A stretch of DNA of 30,657 nucleotides, from assembly GCA_964016885.1 (NCBI GenBank), contig CAXHJY010000863.1, positions 1 to 30,657 on the forward strand, in the 5' to 3' direction. The stretch's first letter is position 1. The number at the start of each line of letters is the position of its first letter. This stretch comes from Eledone cirrhosa (Eukaryota). A model generated the notes under the pieces. It was not told the origin of the DNA. It worked only from the letters and a program-made list of their open reading frames with translations, and searched no databases. Below are positions 14,387 to 28,004 of this stretch, piece after piece. The position numbers were made by a program, and so were the translations under genes.

Positions 14387-14547
14387 ATATATAAACAACT
14401 ATCTGGTTGTGGAACCAACCAACCAACCAGAAATTTAATTTATAGGTTTGTAAATTTGTAAATTTATAAATATAATAAATTGAAGTGAAAGCAACTGTTG
14501 CGTGTGTTTCTAATTGGCAACATGACCCTCCCAAAGTATAACAATAT

Positions 14548-15898
<1,351 letters not shown>

Positions 15899-15985
15899 AA
15901 ATGAAAAAAATGGAGTTAAATACTCGCGTTAATCCCATGTAATTTGATGAGCTCAAGGTGTAGGTACCAGGCTCTTCACAAAAGG

Positions 15986-16039
<54 letters not shown>

Positions 16040-16042
16040 TAT

Positions 16043-16110
16043 TTCGATTCCGGGCGCCACGTTGCGTCCTTGAGCAAGATACTTTATTCCATGTTGATCC
16101 AGTAAACTGA
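16043..16110 (+). mobile_element. Fragment of a second tRNA-derived SINE (CORE/V-like domain)
   Basis: B-box-like ttcgattcc followed by gtccttgagcaagatactttat. Confidence 0.5.
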
Positions 16111-16170
16111 ACCAGCCACAAGGAGGTGTTTCGATTATTCAAAAGCCCAGCTGATTTCATTTCAATTCCT

Positions 16171-16291
16171 TGGTTATAATAGTTATGTGGTATATGTGGT
16201 TATAACAGTAATACTATCTATGTGGTTATAATAGTAATAATAGTTACGTAGCTATAACAGTAATGTGGCATATGTGGTTATAATAGTTATA
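16171..16291. repeat. Degenerate minisatellite
   Basis: Repeated atgtggttataa(t/c)agt. Confidence 0.75.
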
Positions 16292-16364
16292 ATTGTTTCT
16301 ACATTTGGCACAAGGAGTATTAGGCACTATCCGTAACTGTCTATCTATCTATCTATCTACCTAT

Positions 16365-17390
16365 ACCGAGCTGCAATCCTGGGTCAAGCAAAGACCGAGA
16401 AAACTGGGCGCCTGGCACATCGAGTGTGCCCAGGCGCTCACGGCTCTCTGGCAGGCGGACCCGGCTGTAAGTGGAGAATCCACCTGTCATTCTATAGAGG
16501 ACTGGTGGTTAACAGGTGCGACGACGCTCTCGGAGAAGCCCTAGGCATGGAGGAAGACGAACTGGCCAACCTGTTCTGTAGGACATTCAGCCCGGGACCC
16601 ATGGATAACTTCCAGAGGTCCCTGGCCTGGCAGTGCTACCGAGGTGCTCTGCCCGTTCGAGAAAGACTCTACAGACACGGGCGCCCGGGTAGGGACCCCT
16701 CGAAAAAGATCTGTCCCAGATGCGTGTGCGACGAGGAAACCGTTGCACACGCATTGGTACACTGCTCGGGCATTGCCGATCTGTGGGGATATGTCGAATA
16801 ACTGCTGTCAAGGGTGGGACCGATCCGGTTGACCACCGAGTTTATTGTAACGATCAAGCCGCCTCCCCTCTTCAAAAACGAAGGAGAGGCGGTGTTTCTG
16901 TGCGGAATAGCCATGGCAAAGAGGTTGTATGGTGGACGCGTCTGAAAGGACTGAGGTCAGACACCTTTCTCTCTGGCCAACAACTGGTCCGTTTCTTCCG
17001 ATATCACTTCGGAAGAAGGATCAGGATGGAGAGAGAGGTGCTGCACACCAGCCGTTTTTATGAAAGATGGGTGAAAGTGGCGAGAATGGCCCGTGTGAAT
17101 GGGCCTTCACTCTACATCAGACTATAGGTGAGGAAAATGAAAGATCAAGGGAGCACCCCCTCTCTGTGCACCTGAGGAGAAGGGTTGCACACTTTTTTCG
17201 AGGGTGTGTGCGACCCCCCAAGGCGCCTCCTCCCTATTGAGGATTTTGTTATAAAATTTATTTTGTTATATTTTATTTTATTTTTATATTTTGTTATTGC
17301 CTCCTCCTTATTGAGGACGCCTTTTCATGTAAACTCCCCCATTGTACTTGTCCCACTTTTTGATGCCCTGGTGGCAAATAAAAAGAAAAT
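16365..17390 (+). mobile_element. 5'-truncated L1/Tx1-clade LINE copy 1 (disrupted ORF2 C-terminus plus 3' UTR)
   Basis: zf-RVT-type motif WQCYRGALPVRERL..CPRCVCDEETVAHALVHC; frameshifts and a TAA at 16799 relative to copy 3; (TCTA)n on both sides. Confidence 0.9.
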
Positions 17391-17415
17391 TATCTATCTA
17401 TCTATCTCGCATAGT

Positions 17416-17512
17416 CCATCTGTGATAACATTTTACACGTTTTTATTGTATGTAAACTTCCCCCTTTGTATTTGTCCCCTTCTTTTGTGCCCCTGTGGCT
17501 AATAAAGAAATA
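17416..17512 (+). mobile_element. Short 3' end of a related LINE subfamily with target-site duplication
   Basis: tgtaaacttcccctttgtatttgtccc..tgtggctaataaagaaa resembles the copy 1-3 terminus; direct repeat tatctatctcgcatagt at 17399-17415 and 17513-17529. Confidence 0.75.
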
Positions 17513-17731
17513 TATCTATCTCGCATAGTATAGACGCGTACAACATCGGCTCCTGCCTTTTTGAATTTTTACCTATTGACAGTAAGTGTTTGTCTCTTTA
17601 TTGTGTTGTCTTCGTGCCTTTTAACCACCCGGCTAGGTCTGTAGACGGGTGGTCATCGCATGTTTACCCCTTTTGGGGGTAAAATCTACTCCAAAAAATG
17701 TTGCTGACTGACATGGTAAAAAATTGACGCC

Positions 17732-19090
17732 ATGTCTGTAGCACGTGTGAACGAAAACGCCACGCTCACTAAGGAAGAAGAGAGAAAGAAGCAAGCGGTA
17801 CAAAGCGTTTTGCCTTCCCGCGTCAACATTTTAAAAGACTTTGTAAAAGGCGATATGCCGGACAAACAATTAAATACAGGTGCAAACCCAATTAATTACA
17901 ACGAAAACACTAACAATGACAAAACCAACACACCAAATGAGAAAGACAACAACAACAAAAATGAAAATAACTCAAACTACGAGAAACAGAACAACTCAAA
18001 CACCAACAACGAAAACAAAATATCTTTTGCACAGACTGCTAAAATATCAGTCACATATATGCTTGAGGATATTTCAAATGCCAAAGAAATGCTTGAAAAA
18101 GCCCCAAAAATGTATCTTTTGGGCGAAAATGGATCTTTTTCCATCAATTCGTCCCCAGAACTAAAAAAACAGACGGAATTACGAACTGTTGTATTCCGTA
18201 CAATTGCCAACAAAACAAAAAAACCAGCACAACCATCTCAAGCTGAAATTCTGAAAGAGGCTATGAAAGACATAATTTTCATACAAAAGGATAAACTCTA
18301 TGTGAGTTTATCCATATTGATGAAAGACGAATTGGTGGCGAAAAAATACTCTGTGTCGCCAATTCGTTCCACACATTACACCTTTTTCCCAACCTACATG
18401 GGTAAAAAAACCCCAAAGAATTTGGATAACCACCATCACCCCAAACATAAACTACTGGTGGTTACTAACCGGTTTCCTCAACTTGGACGAGCACAACCTT
18501 ATATCAATAGGGAAGGCATCCGGCGATGCGTTCAGTGGAACGAGCATTGAAGTTCTAACCCAAATAAGGCCAGAACGTATCGCCCAAATCACTGAGCGCG
18601 TCAAGCTGGATGACCGTACCCACCTCAACATTATTGTGGAGGGTAGGCGTCCCTCCTGTTACCTCTGTGGCAATAGAGGTCACCTGAGGGCTGCCTGTCC
18701 CCAGCTCACACCGAAAAAACCATTGCTACCACCACCCCAACAACAACAACCACAACAACAACACCAACACCACCCCAACAACAACAAAAACAACCACAAC
18801 AACAACACCAACACCACCACCACCACAACAAACACGTGAAAAAAACAACACAGAATACTGTCCCACCCAACCCCTCCCAAAACAAATACAAAAACACACA
18901 CCACAAACACTACCAGAAAATATACCCCTCCCACCCAACAAGGAAGACGAACCCATTTCGTCGCAAGACGAAAAAGATCCCTTCGAAATAGTAAAAAGAA
19001 AGAAGAGGAGGCGCACTACAGACATATTAACATTAACCCTCCCCAAGAGAAAAACTATATACAAACCACCCCTCCCCGTCACACAACACT
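17732..19090 (+). pseudogene. Gag-like LINE ORF1 (Tx1-like), frameshifted, no ORF2 following
   Basis: ORF 17732-18550 shifts near the A-run at ~18410 into the frame carrying VEGRRPS-CYLCGNRGHLRAAC (CCHC knuckle 18657-18698); later basic FEIVKRKKRR motif near 18980; 3' end approximate. Confidence 0.75.
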
Positions 19091-19340
19091 AACTGCTACG
19101 CAAAAAAAGACTTTACAATATACATACATGAACAGACACCAAACAACTAATGAACACAATTTCGTCAAACCCTTCAGTCCAAACTGAAGGGCCTAACTTT
19201 CTAACTGCTGTGGGACTACCTCATTTACAAATGATTAAAGTCCCTTGACCTTATACAAAACGTTGAAAATAAATTTCACGTAGCAAGATATAGGTTTTGT
19301 CTTAGTAACTTTGTGGTTCAATACAAAAATGTAGAACAAT

Positions 19341-19763
19341 TATATGAAAGACGTAAAATTAGAAAATTATAATAATTAACTTACTTACTTAAGGTTCACT
19401 CCAACTAATTAGTTTCTGAAAGGGGATATACATAGTGTTCAAAGCTATATAGAATTCCTTTCTTCAGCAGGGAATCAATTCTCTGCTAAGATCCCAGGCG
19501 ATAGGCGGATACAGGGATCTCAAACAAAAATAATTCAGTGAATGGAAAAGAAGCAAGCGCGAACTAAATTTCAAGACACTGAAAATTTCGCTACCTTCCC
19601 GGTCAGTGGCAAATTCAAAAGAATCAATCACGTGACATCGAGGTTAATCAGTGAGGAGGAGTGGGAGTGTTAAAAATACATGTATATCCCCTTTCATAAA
19701 CTAATTAGTTGGAGTGAAACTTAAGTAAGTAAGTTAATTATTATAATTTTCTTATTTTACGTC

Positions 19764-19772
<9 letters not shown>
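19341..19772. mobile_element. Fold-back element with 93 bp inverted arms
   Basis: 19341-19433 vs 19680-19772 near-perfect; right end in (TA)n; degenerate hammerhead-like motif on - strand at ~19428-19470. Confidence 0.8.
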
Positions 19773-19800
<28 letters not shown>

Positions 19801-19807
<7 letters not shown>

Positions 19808-19937
19808 ATAATATTAATAAATGGAAACTATCTTTATAAAACCATATTTATTTTATTATATATATTTCAAGGGTAACAACATTTTTGGTACGCACTCATC
19901 ACATAAAAACAAAAGTTGTTTCACAGATAGTGACATG

Positions 19938-19995
<58 letters not shown>

Positions 19996-20184
19996 AAGCA
20001 ATGAGTTATTTAATTCAAACAGAATTCAAAAAGTTCTAGTTTTGAACATGTCACTATCTGTGAAACAACTTTTGTTTTTATCTGATGAGTGCGTACCAAA
20101 AATGTTGTTACCCTTGAAATATATATAATAAAATAAATATGGTTTTATAAAGATAGTTTCCATTTATCAATATTATTGATATAT
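19801..20184. mobile_element. Fold-back element with ~139 bp inverted arms
   Basis: 19801-19939 vs 20045-20184; both ends in (TA)n; CTGATGA at 20082; shares acccttgaaat..tataataaa with the 1942-2217 element. Confidence 0.8.
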
Positions 20185-20629
20185 ATATATATATATATAT
20201 ATTGTTTGCTTTCAAGAAACCTCTGGTAAATGAAATAATTATCTTATGTTGTATATATATATATATATACACAATGACCACCACCACCACAACCAACAAC
20301 AACAACAATAATACCAACAACATCAACAATAACACGATGACCACCACCACCACCACTAACAATAACAACAATGACTACCACTACAACCAACAACAACAGC
20401 GATAAGAACACAACAAACAGCTGTGACCCTCCACCAAGAATCGGAGAAGTGAGAGAACATTCTGTGACATTCTAGATTGAAAGAAAAAGGTAAAAATGAG
20501 ATTAAACTAAACAACAGAGAAAAAAGAAATGTCTTGGCTTGTGGCAAAAGACGTGACCACATCACTTTGGTGTTGGCAGCAGAGCAGTGACCGATGATAT
20601 TGAGACTGGACAGAGACAAGCTTTTTACT

Positions 20630-20945
20630 GAGAATGGCCTGTGTGAATGGGCCTTCACTCTACATCAGACTATAGGTGAGGAAGACGAAAGACCAAGGGA
20701 GCACCCCCTCTCTGTGCTCCTGAGGAGAAGGGTTGCACACTTTTTTTCGGGGGTGTGTGCGACCCCTCAAGGCGCCTCCTCCCTATTGAGGATTTTGTTA
20801 CAAAATTTATTTTATTATATTTTATTTTATTTTTATACTTTTATATCTTGTTATTGCCTCGTCCATATTGAGGACGCCTTTGCATGTAAACTCCCCCCTT
20901 TGTACTGTCCCACTTTTGATGCCCTGGTGGCAAATAAAAAGAAAG

Positions 20946-20946
<1 letters not shown>
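20630..20946 (+). mobile_element. L1/Tx1-clade LINE copy 2 (last codons plus 3' UTR)
   Basis: High identity to the 3' ends of copies 1 and 3; followed by (TATC)n. Confidence 0.9.

Positions 20947-21022
<76 letters not shown>
20947..21022. repeat. (TATC)n linker between LINE copies
   Basis: Pure tetranucleotide run. Confidence 0.97.
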
Positions 21023-21973
21023 GCCCTCTGGCAGGCGGATCCGGTTATCAGTGGAGACTCCACCGCAACATTCTATAGAGGGCTGGTACGCAGCAGGTGC
21101 GACGACGCCCTCGGAGAAGCCCTAGACATGGAGGAGGACGAACTGGCCAGCCTGTTCGGTAGGACATTCAGCCCGGGACCTATGGACAACTTCCAGAAGT
21201 CCCTGGCCTGGCAGTGCTACCGAGGGGCTTTACCCGTTCGAGAAAGGCTCTACAGACACGGGCGCCCGGGTAGGGACCCCGCCAAAAAGATCTGTCCCAG
21301 ATGCGTGTGCGACGAGGAAACCGTTGCACACGCATTGGTACACTGCTCGGGCGTAGCCGATCTGTGGGGCTATGTCGAACAACTGCTGTCAAGGGTGGGA
21401 CCGATCCGGTTGACCACCGAGTCTATTGTAATGATCAAGCCGCCTCCCCCCTTCAAAGATGAAGCAGAGGCGGTGTTTCTGTGCGTAATAGCCATGGCGA
21501 AAGAGGTTGTATGGTGGACGCGTCTGAAAGGACTGAGGTCAGGCACCTTTCTCTCTGGCCAACAACTGGTCCGTTTCTTCCGTTATCATTTCGGAAGAAG
21601 GATCAGGATGGAGAGAGAGGTGCTGCACCCCAGCCGTTTCTATGAAAGATGGGTGAAAGTGGCGAGAATGGCCCGTGTGAATGGGCCTTCACTCTACATC
21701 AGACTATAGGTGAGGAAGATGAAAGACCAAGGGAGCACCCCTTCTCTGTGCTCCTGAGGAGAAGGGTTGCACACTTTTTTCGGGGGTGTGTGCGACCCCC
21801 CGAGGCGCCTCCTCTCTATTGAGAATTTTGTTATAAATTTTATTTTTTGTTATATCTTATTTTATTTTTATATTTTGTTATTGCCTCCTCCTTATTGAGG
21901 ACGCCTTTTTGTGTAAACTCCCCCCTTTGTACTTGTCCCACTTTTGATGCCCTAGTGGCAAATAAAAGAAACA
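21023..21973 (+). mobile_element. 5'-truncated L1/Tx1-clade LINE copy 3 (ORF2 C-terminus open to 21709)
   Basis: Uninterrupted frame with zf-RVT-type motif; 3' UTR with AATAAA; (TATC)n on both sides. Confidence 0.92.

Positions 21974-22056
<83 letters not shown>
21974..22056. repeat. (TATC)n tract
   Basis: Pure tetranucleotide run. Confidence 0.97.
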
Positions 22057-22205
22057 TTATCACCACTCGTTTTTCTCTCTATTTCACTCTCTCTCAGTGC
22101 ATTAAACACGAAACTTTAGTCTCCTGGTGAAACGATGTAGTTACACGTTTATAATAAAATACACCATACTCTACTTCTGCACTGAGGTTATTTCTGCTGT
22201 TTATG

Positions 22206-22254
<49 letters not shown>

Positions 22255-22907
22255 TTTCGCTCTACATGGCTGAATACAATAAATGTAATCTGAGTGTTTC
22301 GAATATTAATAATAACATTCGATTCGTTTTCAATTGTGCAAACAAGCCTCCTTTTTAAAGCCATGTCAGTAGAATGAACCCTTTATTCTTGCTCTTGTGC
22401 TGTGTATGTATATATGTATGTATACCTGTGTCTGTGTATGTGAGTGTGTGTATGTGTGGGTGTGTGCGTGTGTTTGTGTAGGGGATTCGCATTTTCATTA
22501 TATTTATACAACAGAAATACAATATTCCTGAATATGCAGTTGTATATATATATACATATATGTATATATATATATATATATATATACATATATGTATATA
22601 TATATATATATATATATACATATATGTATATATATATATGTATATAATGGTATCTACGTCATTATATATACACACTAGGCCCTCGTCCATGCATCTATTT
22701 TCGTGTTAATTTGATTAGATATCGATATCATATATCACATGACAGTGTATTAAGTCGCCATTTATAGCTTTAGAGATTCCCTGATTACCTCCCCTGAAAA
22801 TGAGAAGACAATTAATAGGTTGTATATCTACTGGGAGACGTTGGTATTATCTGGTAACTAATACAGAAACACATACATTTATATATATATGTATGTATGT
22901 ATATATT

Positions 22908-22939
<32 letters not shown>

Positions 22940-23001
22940 TGTATGTATGTATGTATGTATGTATGTATGTATGTATGTATGTATGTATTTATGTATGTAT
23001 A

Positions 23002-23039
<38 letters not shown>

Positions 23040-23634
23040 CATATATATGTATATATATATATATATATACACACACACATATATATATATATACTTATAT
23101 ATACATATATATAGGCATAGGCACATATATACACATAGACACACACAAGGACATATATACACATATACACACATAGAGACACTTACATACGCACAGACAC
23201 ACATATACACACATACACACACAGACATATACATATACACAATGAGTGAGTCATACACACGCAGAGACAAACACACATGTATAGAGAGCGAGACACACAC
23301 ACATACAGAGTGATACACGTATACAGACACTGAGGCAAACACGCACATACACACACGTTCAGACACACATACATACTCCTCTCTACATGCAATGACAGAC
23401 ACATATATACCGAGAGACGCATACAAACAGACAGACACAGACGCACATATACACACAGTGACAAAGACAGAGACACACACATACTTCTCTCTCTACACAC
23501 CCCTCCCAACATACACACAAACCGATACACAGCCGATTGGTCAAGGGTCACCATTATAGCCTCAAGATGACCAATTGCACAGTGGCTGGAATTATCTGAT
23601 TTCGTATTTCAAAACGGATTATATATATAAATAT

Positions 23635-23849
<215 letters not shown>

Positions 23850-23877
23850 AATATATAAATATATATATATAAATATA

Positions 23878-23909
<32 letters not shown>

Positions 23910-24063
23910 CTATAAATTATATCCCTAGAATCATTTGATACGATATATACACCATTTCCTCTCCCATTTCCTCTTCTATATATATATACAACCCTTATCG
24001 AGCCTTCTTCGGATGTTGGTCATTATATATATACTGGAATTCTATAAGAATCCAGTTTTTATA

Positions 24064-24156
24064 AGTCTCGGCGGAAGCGAAGGGATATGCAATCTTGATA
24101 ATGGTTAAGAAGTGAGAAACGGCCGTCGGTTCTTTCCCTTTGCTTTTGCCGAGACT
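24064..24156 (+). ncRNA. 22 bp stem enclosing a degenerate hammerhead-like motif
   Basis: agtctcggcggaagcgaaggga / tccctttgcttttgccgagact; loop holds aatc-TTGATAA..GAAACGGCCGTC-ggtt. Confidence 0.5.
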
Positions 24157-24293
24157 AAGTAAGTAACATAGTCACTACTTTAAAACTCATAGCGAATAAT
24201 CTTCAAAATGTTTCTTAAATAAACATACAGTATATTATCAAATATACTATACATACATATTCATACATACATCGCTAATTCAGAGCGCTGATA

Positions 24294-24358
<65 letters not shown>

Positions 24359-24366
24359 ATATATAC

Positions 24367-24420
<54 letters not shown>

Positions 24421-24423
24421 GTG

Positions 24424-24454
<31 letters not shown>

Positions 24455-24473
24455 GTATATATATATATAGTAT

Positions 24474-24512
<39 letters not shown>

Positions 24513-24574
24513 ATATATATATATATATATGTATGTATATATATATATATATATGTATGTATATATATATGTAT

Positions 24575-24608
<34 letters not shown>

Positions 24609-24655
24609 TTATATATATATGTATGTATATATATATATATATATACATACATATG

Positions 24656-24750
<95 letters not shown>

Positions 24751-24780
24751 GACAGCATTCTACTTATCCAGAACATCATT

Positions 24781-24954
24781 GATTATTGGTTTCTGATTAA
24801 AGCACGAGGCCAACAATCTTGGGGAGGGGGAAAGTCGAAGAATAGCCCCCAGTGTGTGACTGGTACATTATTTTATTGAGCCTGTAAGGATGAAAAGCAA
24901 TGCCGTAACTTTATTCCAGAAAGTATGTTGACCGGCGCTCTACCGATTCTGCTA
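24781..24954 (-). mobile_element. tRNA-derived SINE, internally deleted, with 15 bp TSD
   Basis: Homology to the 27528 copy; atccagaacatcatt at 24766-24780 and 24955-24969. Confidence 0.8.
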
Positions 24955-25029
24955 ATCCAGAACATCATTTAATATTAAAACAAGACGATGATTATAAGAT
25001 AGAATAGACGAGGTTAAGACGTGAATACA

Positions 25030-25550
25030 TAGTATAGGAAGGGGCAGAGTGGGGATAGAGAGGAGGGGCAGGGGGGGGGGTATAGTAGGAGGAATAGGGA
25101 ACATGAACAAGGTGAGGAGAAATGAGAGGAGGGGAAGGAGGAGAAGGAGGTAGAGGTGGAAAAGGAGGAAGGAAATAGAGAAGCGGTGATGTAGAGGTGA
25201 ATGGGAAGCAAAGAGAAAGAGGGAGAGAGAAGGGAGCGAGTAGCAGAGAGGAAGGAACGGGGAGGAGAGAGAGGGGAGAAGGGAGTGGAAGAGCAGTGAG
25301 GATGGGGGGGGGGGAGTGAGGAGCGCAGAGAAAAGCAGAGAAACGGAGAGAGGAGAGGGAACGAATAGAGGGGAGAAAGGAGAGAAAGGAGAGAGGGAGG
25401 GAACGAGGAAGAGAATAGCGAGGAGAAGAGATAGAGGAGCAGGACTGTATGGGGAGAAGGGAGATGGAATAAGAGAGTGTGAGAGAGATAGAGAGAGAGG
25501 TGATTGATGACAAGGATGAGGAGGAGAAAGAAAACAAAATGGAGAAGGCG
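25030..25550. repeat. Polypurine (GA/GGA-rich) low-complexity tract
   Basis: Strong strand purine bias. Confidence 0.85.
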
Positions 25551-25641
25551 GTGACACAGGGTTAATTATTTTACAAACAAAAAACCAGGAAAAGAAACAA
25601 AATCTATTCGGTCTCAAGTTAATTGTTATATGGGAAGAAGA

Positions 25642-25968
25642 TGTGATGGCGGCGGTGGTGGGTGCAATTTATAATGGCGGCGGTGGTGGTGGGTATAAGT
25701 TGTAATGGCCGCGGTGGTGGTGGGAGAAAGTTTTAATGGCGGCGGTGGTGGTGGTGGAAGAAAGTTGTAATGGCGGCGGTGGTGGTGGGAGAAAGTTGTA
25801 ATGGCAGCGGTGGTGGTGGGTATAAGTTGTAATGGCAGCGGTGGTGGTGGGTATAAGTTGTAATGGCAGCGGTGGTGGTGGGAGAAAGTTGTAATGGCGG
25901 CGGTGGTGGTGGGAGAAAGTTGTAATGGCAGCGGTGGTGGTGGGTATAAGTTGTAATGGCGGCAGTGG
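25642..25968. repeat. 31 bp G-rich minisatellite, ~10 copies
   Basis: ttgtaatggc(a/g)gcggtggtggtggg(tataag/agaaag). Confidence 0.92.
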
Positions 25969-26882
25969 AAGGAAGACGTTAAATTGCCTCTAGTATAAAC
26001 ACTTGTCACGTGACTTGGGTGTCGGCCGAGACAGAGCGGCCATATTTGGTTCACCTTAACAATTAACACCAACACTACCAACATCACCACTGCGGCCACC
26101 AACCACCACCACTAGGAGATTCATCATCAAAACCTCCACCGCTACTACTACTACTACTGCCACCTCCACCGCTACTACTACTACTACTGCCACCACCACT
26201 GCTACTACTACTACCCTCACTATTGCCACCACAACTACTGCCCAAACCATCACTACCACTGCACCCAGCATCACAAACACTATAATCACCACAGGAACCA
26301 CAGAACGTATGTCCCATCTTAAGAAATAAAACAAAGAACCCTCCCACACCCCAACCACCACCCGACTCCGTCACTAAACAATAACATCCCACCCTCCACC
26401 GACACTAAATAAACACCCTACCCTCCACCCACACTCTACCGCAACTAAACAAGCCTCCACCTCCACCCTACAAAAGAGTGTCTAAATTAACAAAAAAAAA
26501 ACAATAACAACAGCAACAACAAACACAAGAAGAGAAAAAATAACAAAAATATGATCTTTTTACCCCCCTCCCACCCGATTTCTGTCACTACCGCCACCAC
26601 CACCACCATACTACCACCAATACCCCACCACTACCACCACCACCCCAGTGACAATCTCCACCATTACCCCGCCTCGATCATGATCACAACCACTACCACC
26701 ACCACCATACTACCACCATCACCACCACGCACAATTAACAACCAGAGGCCGCTTACGTCTTAATCTATTCTTAAATTACTATAGAAACCTCCTGGGGTAG
26801 CAAATTATGTACCAGTAAGATACTACTGAAGTAGATTTAATAATCCGTTATGAGGTGTTTTTTGTTCTGAGTGCAGCGAGCA

Positions 26883-27520
<638 letters not shown>

Positions 27521-27527
27521 ATATATT

Positions 27528-27712
27528 GGCGGTGGACTGGCAGTATCGGTAGAGGGTCGGACGCCATGCTTTCCAGCATAGTTACGTCCCTTTATGATCT
27601 GAGTTCAAATCCCGCGAGGTTGACTTTGCCTTTCATCCTCACGGGGTCGATAAAATAAAGTACCAGTAATGCACTGGATAATTGCTGGCCTTGTGCCTAA
27701 AGTAGAAACAGT

Positions 27713-27714
<2 letters not shown>
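27528..27714 (+). mobile_element. Near full-length tRNA-derived SINE (central domain resembles the MetaSINE domain)
   Basis: A-box tggcagtatcgg, B-box gagttcaaatcc, body gactttgcctttcatcctcacggggtcgataaaataaagtacc. Confidence 0.85.
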
Positions 27715-27761
<47 letters not shown>

Positions 27762-27780
27762 GTGTATATATATTTATATA

Positions 27781-27825
<45 letters not shown>

Positions 27826-27848
27826 GTGTATATATATATATATGTATA

Positions 27849-27892
<44 letters not shown>

Positions 27893-27971
27893 TAGGAGGC
27901 AAAGGGAAAGTTGATCGCATCGAGGACTCCTTTGATCATTGTTCCACCATATTAAGATTGTCCCTGGGGCT

Positions 27972-28004
<33 letters not shown>

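Larger units (their letters stand above)
13991..14547. mobile_element. Family A near-perfect fold-back element with two hammerhead motifs, Penelope-like inverted terminus
   Basis: Arms 14050-14284 and 14325-14547, 40 bp spacer, ~60 bp one-sided extension (13991-14049); lies between two long (TA)n arrays. Confidence 0.85.

Noticed and set aside
25642-25968. CRISPR-like periodicity
   Set aside because: No unique spacers and eukaryotic context; plain minisatellite
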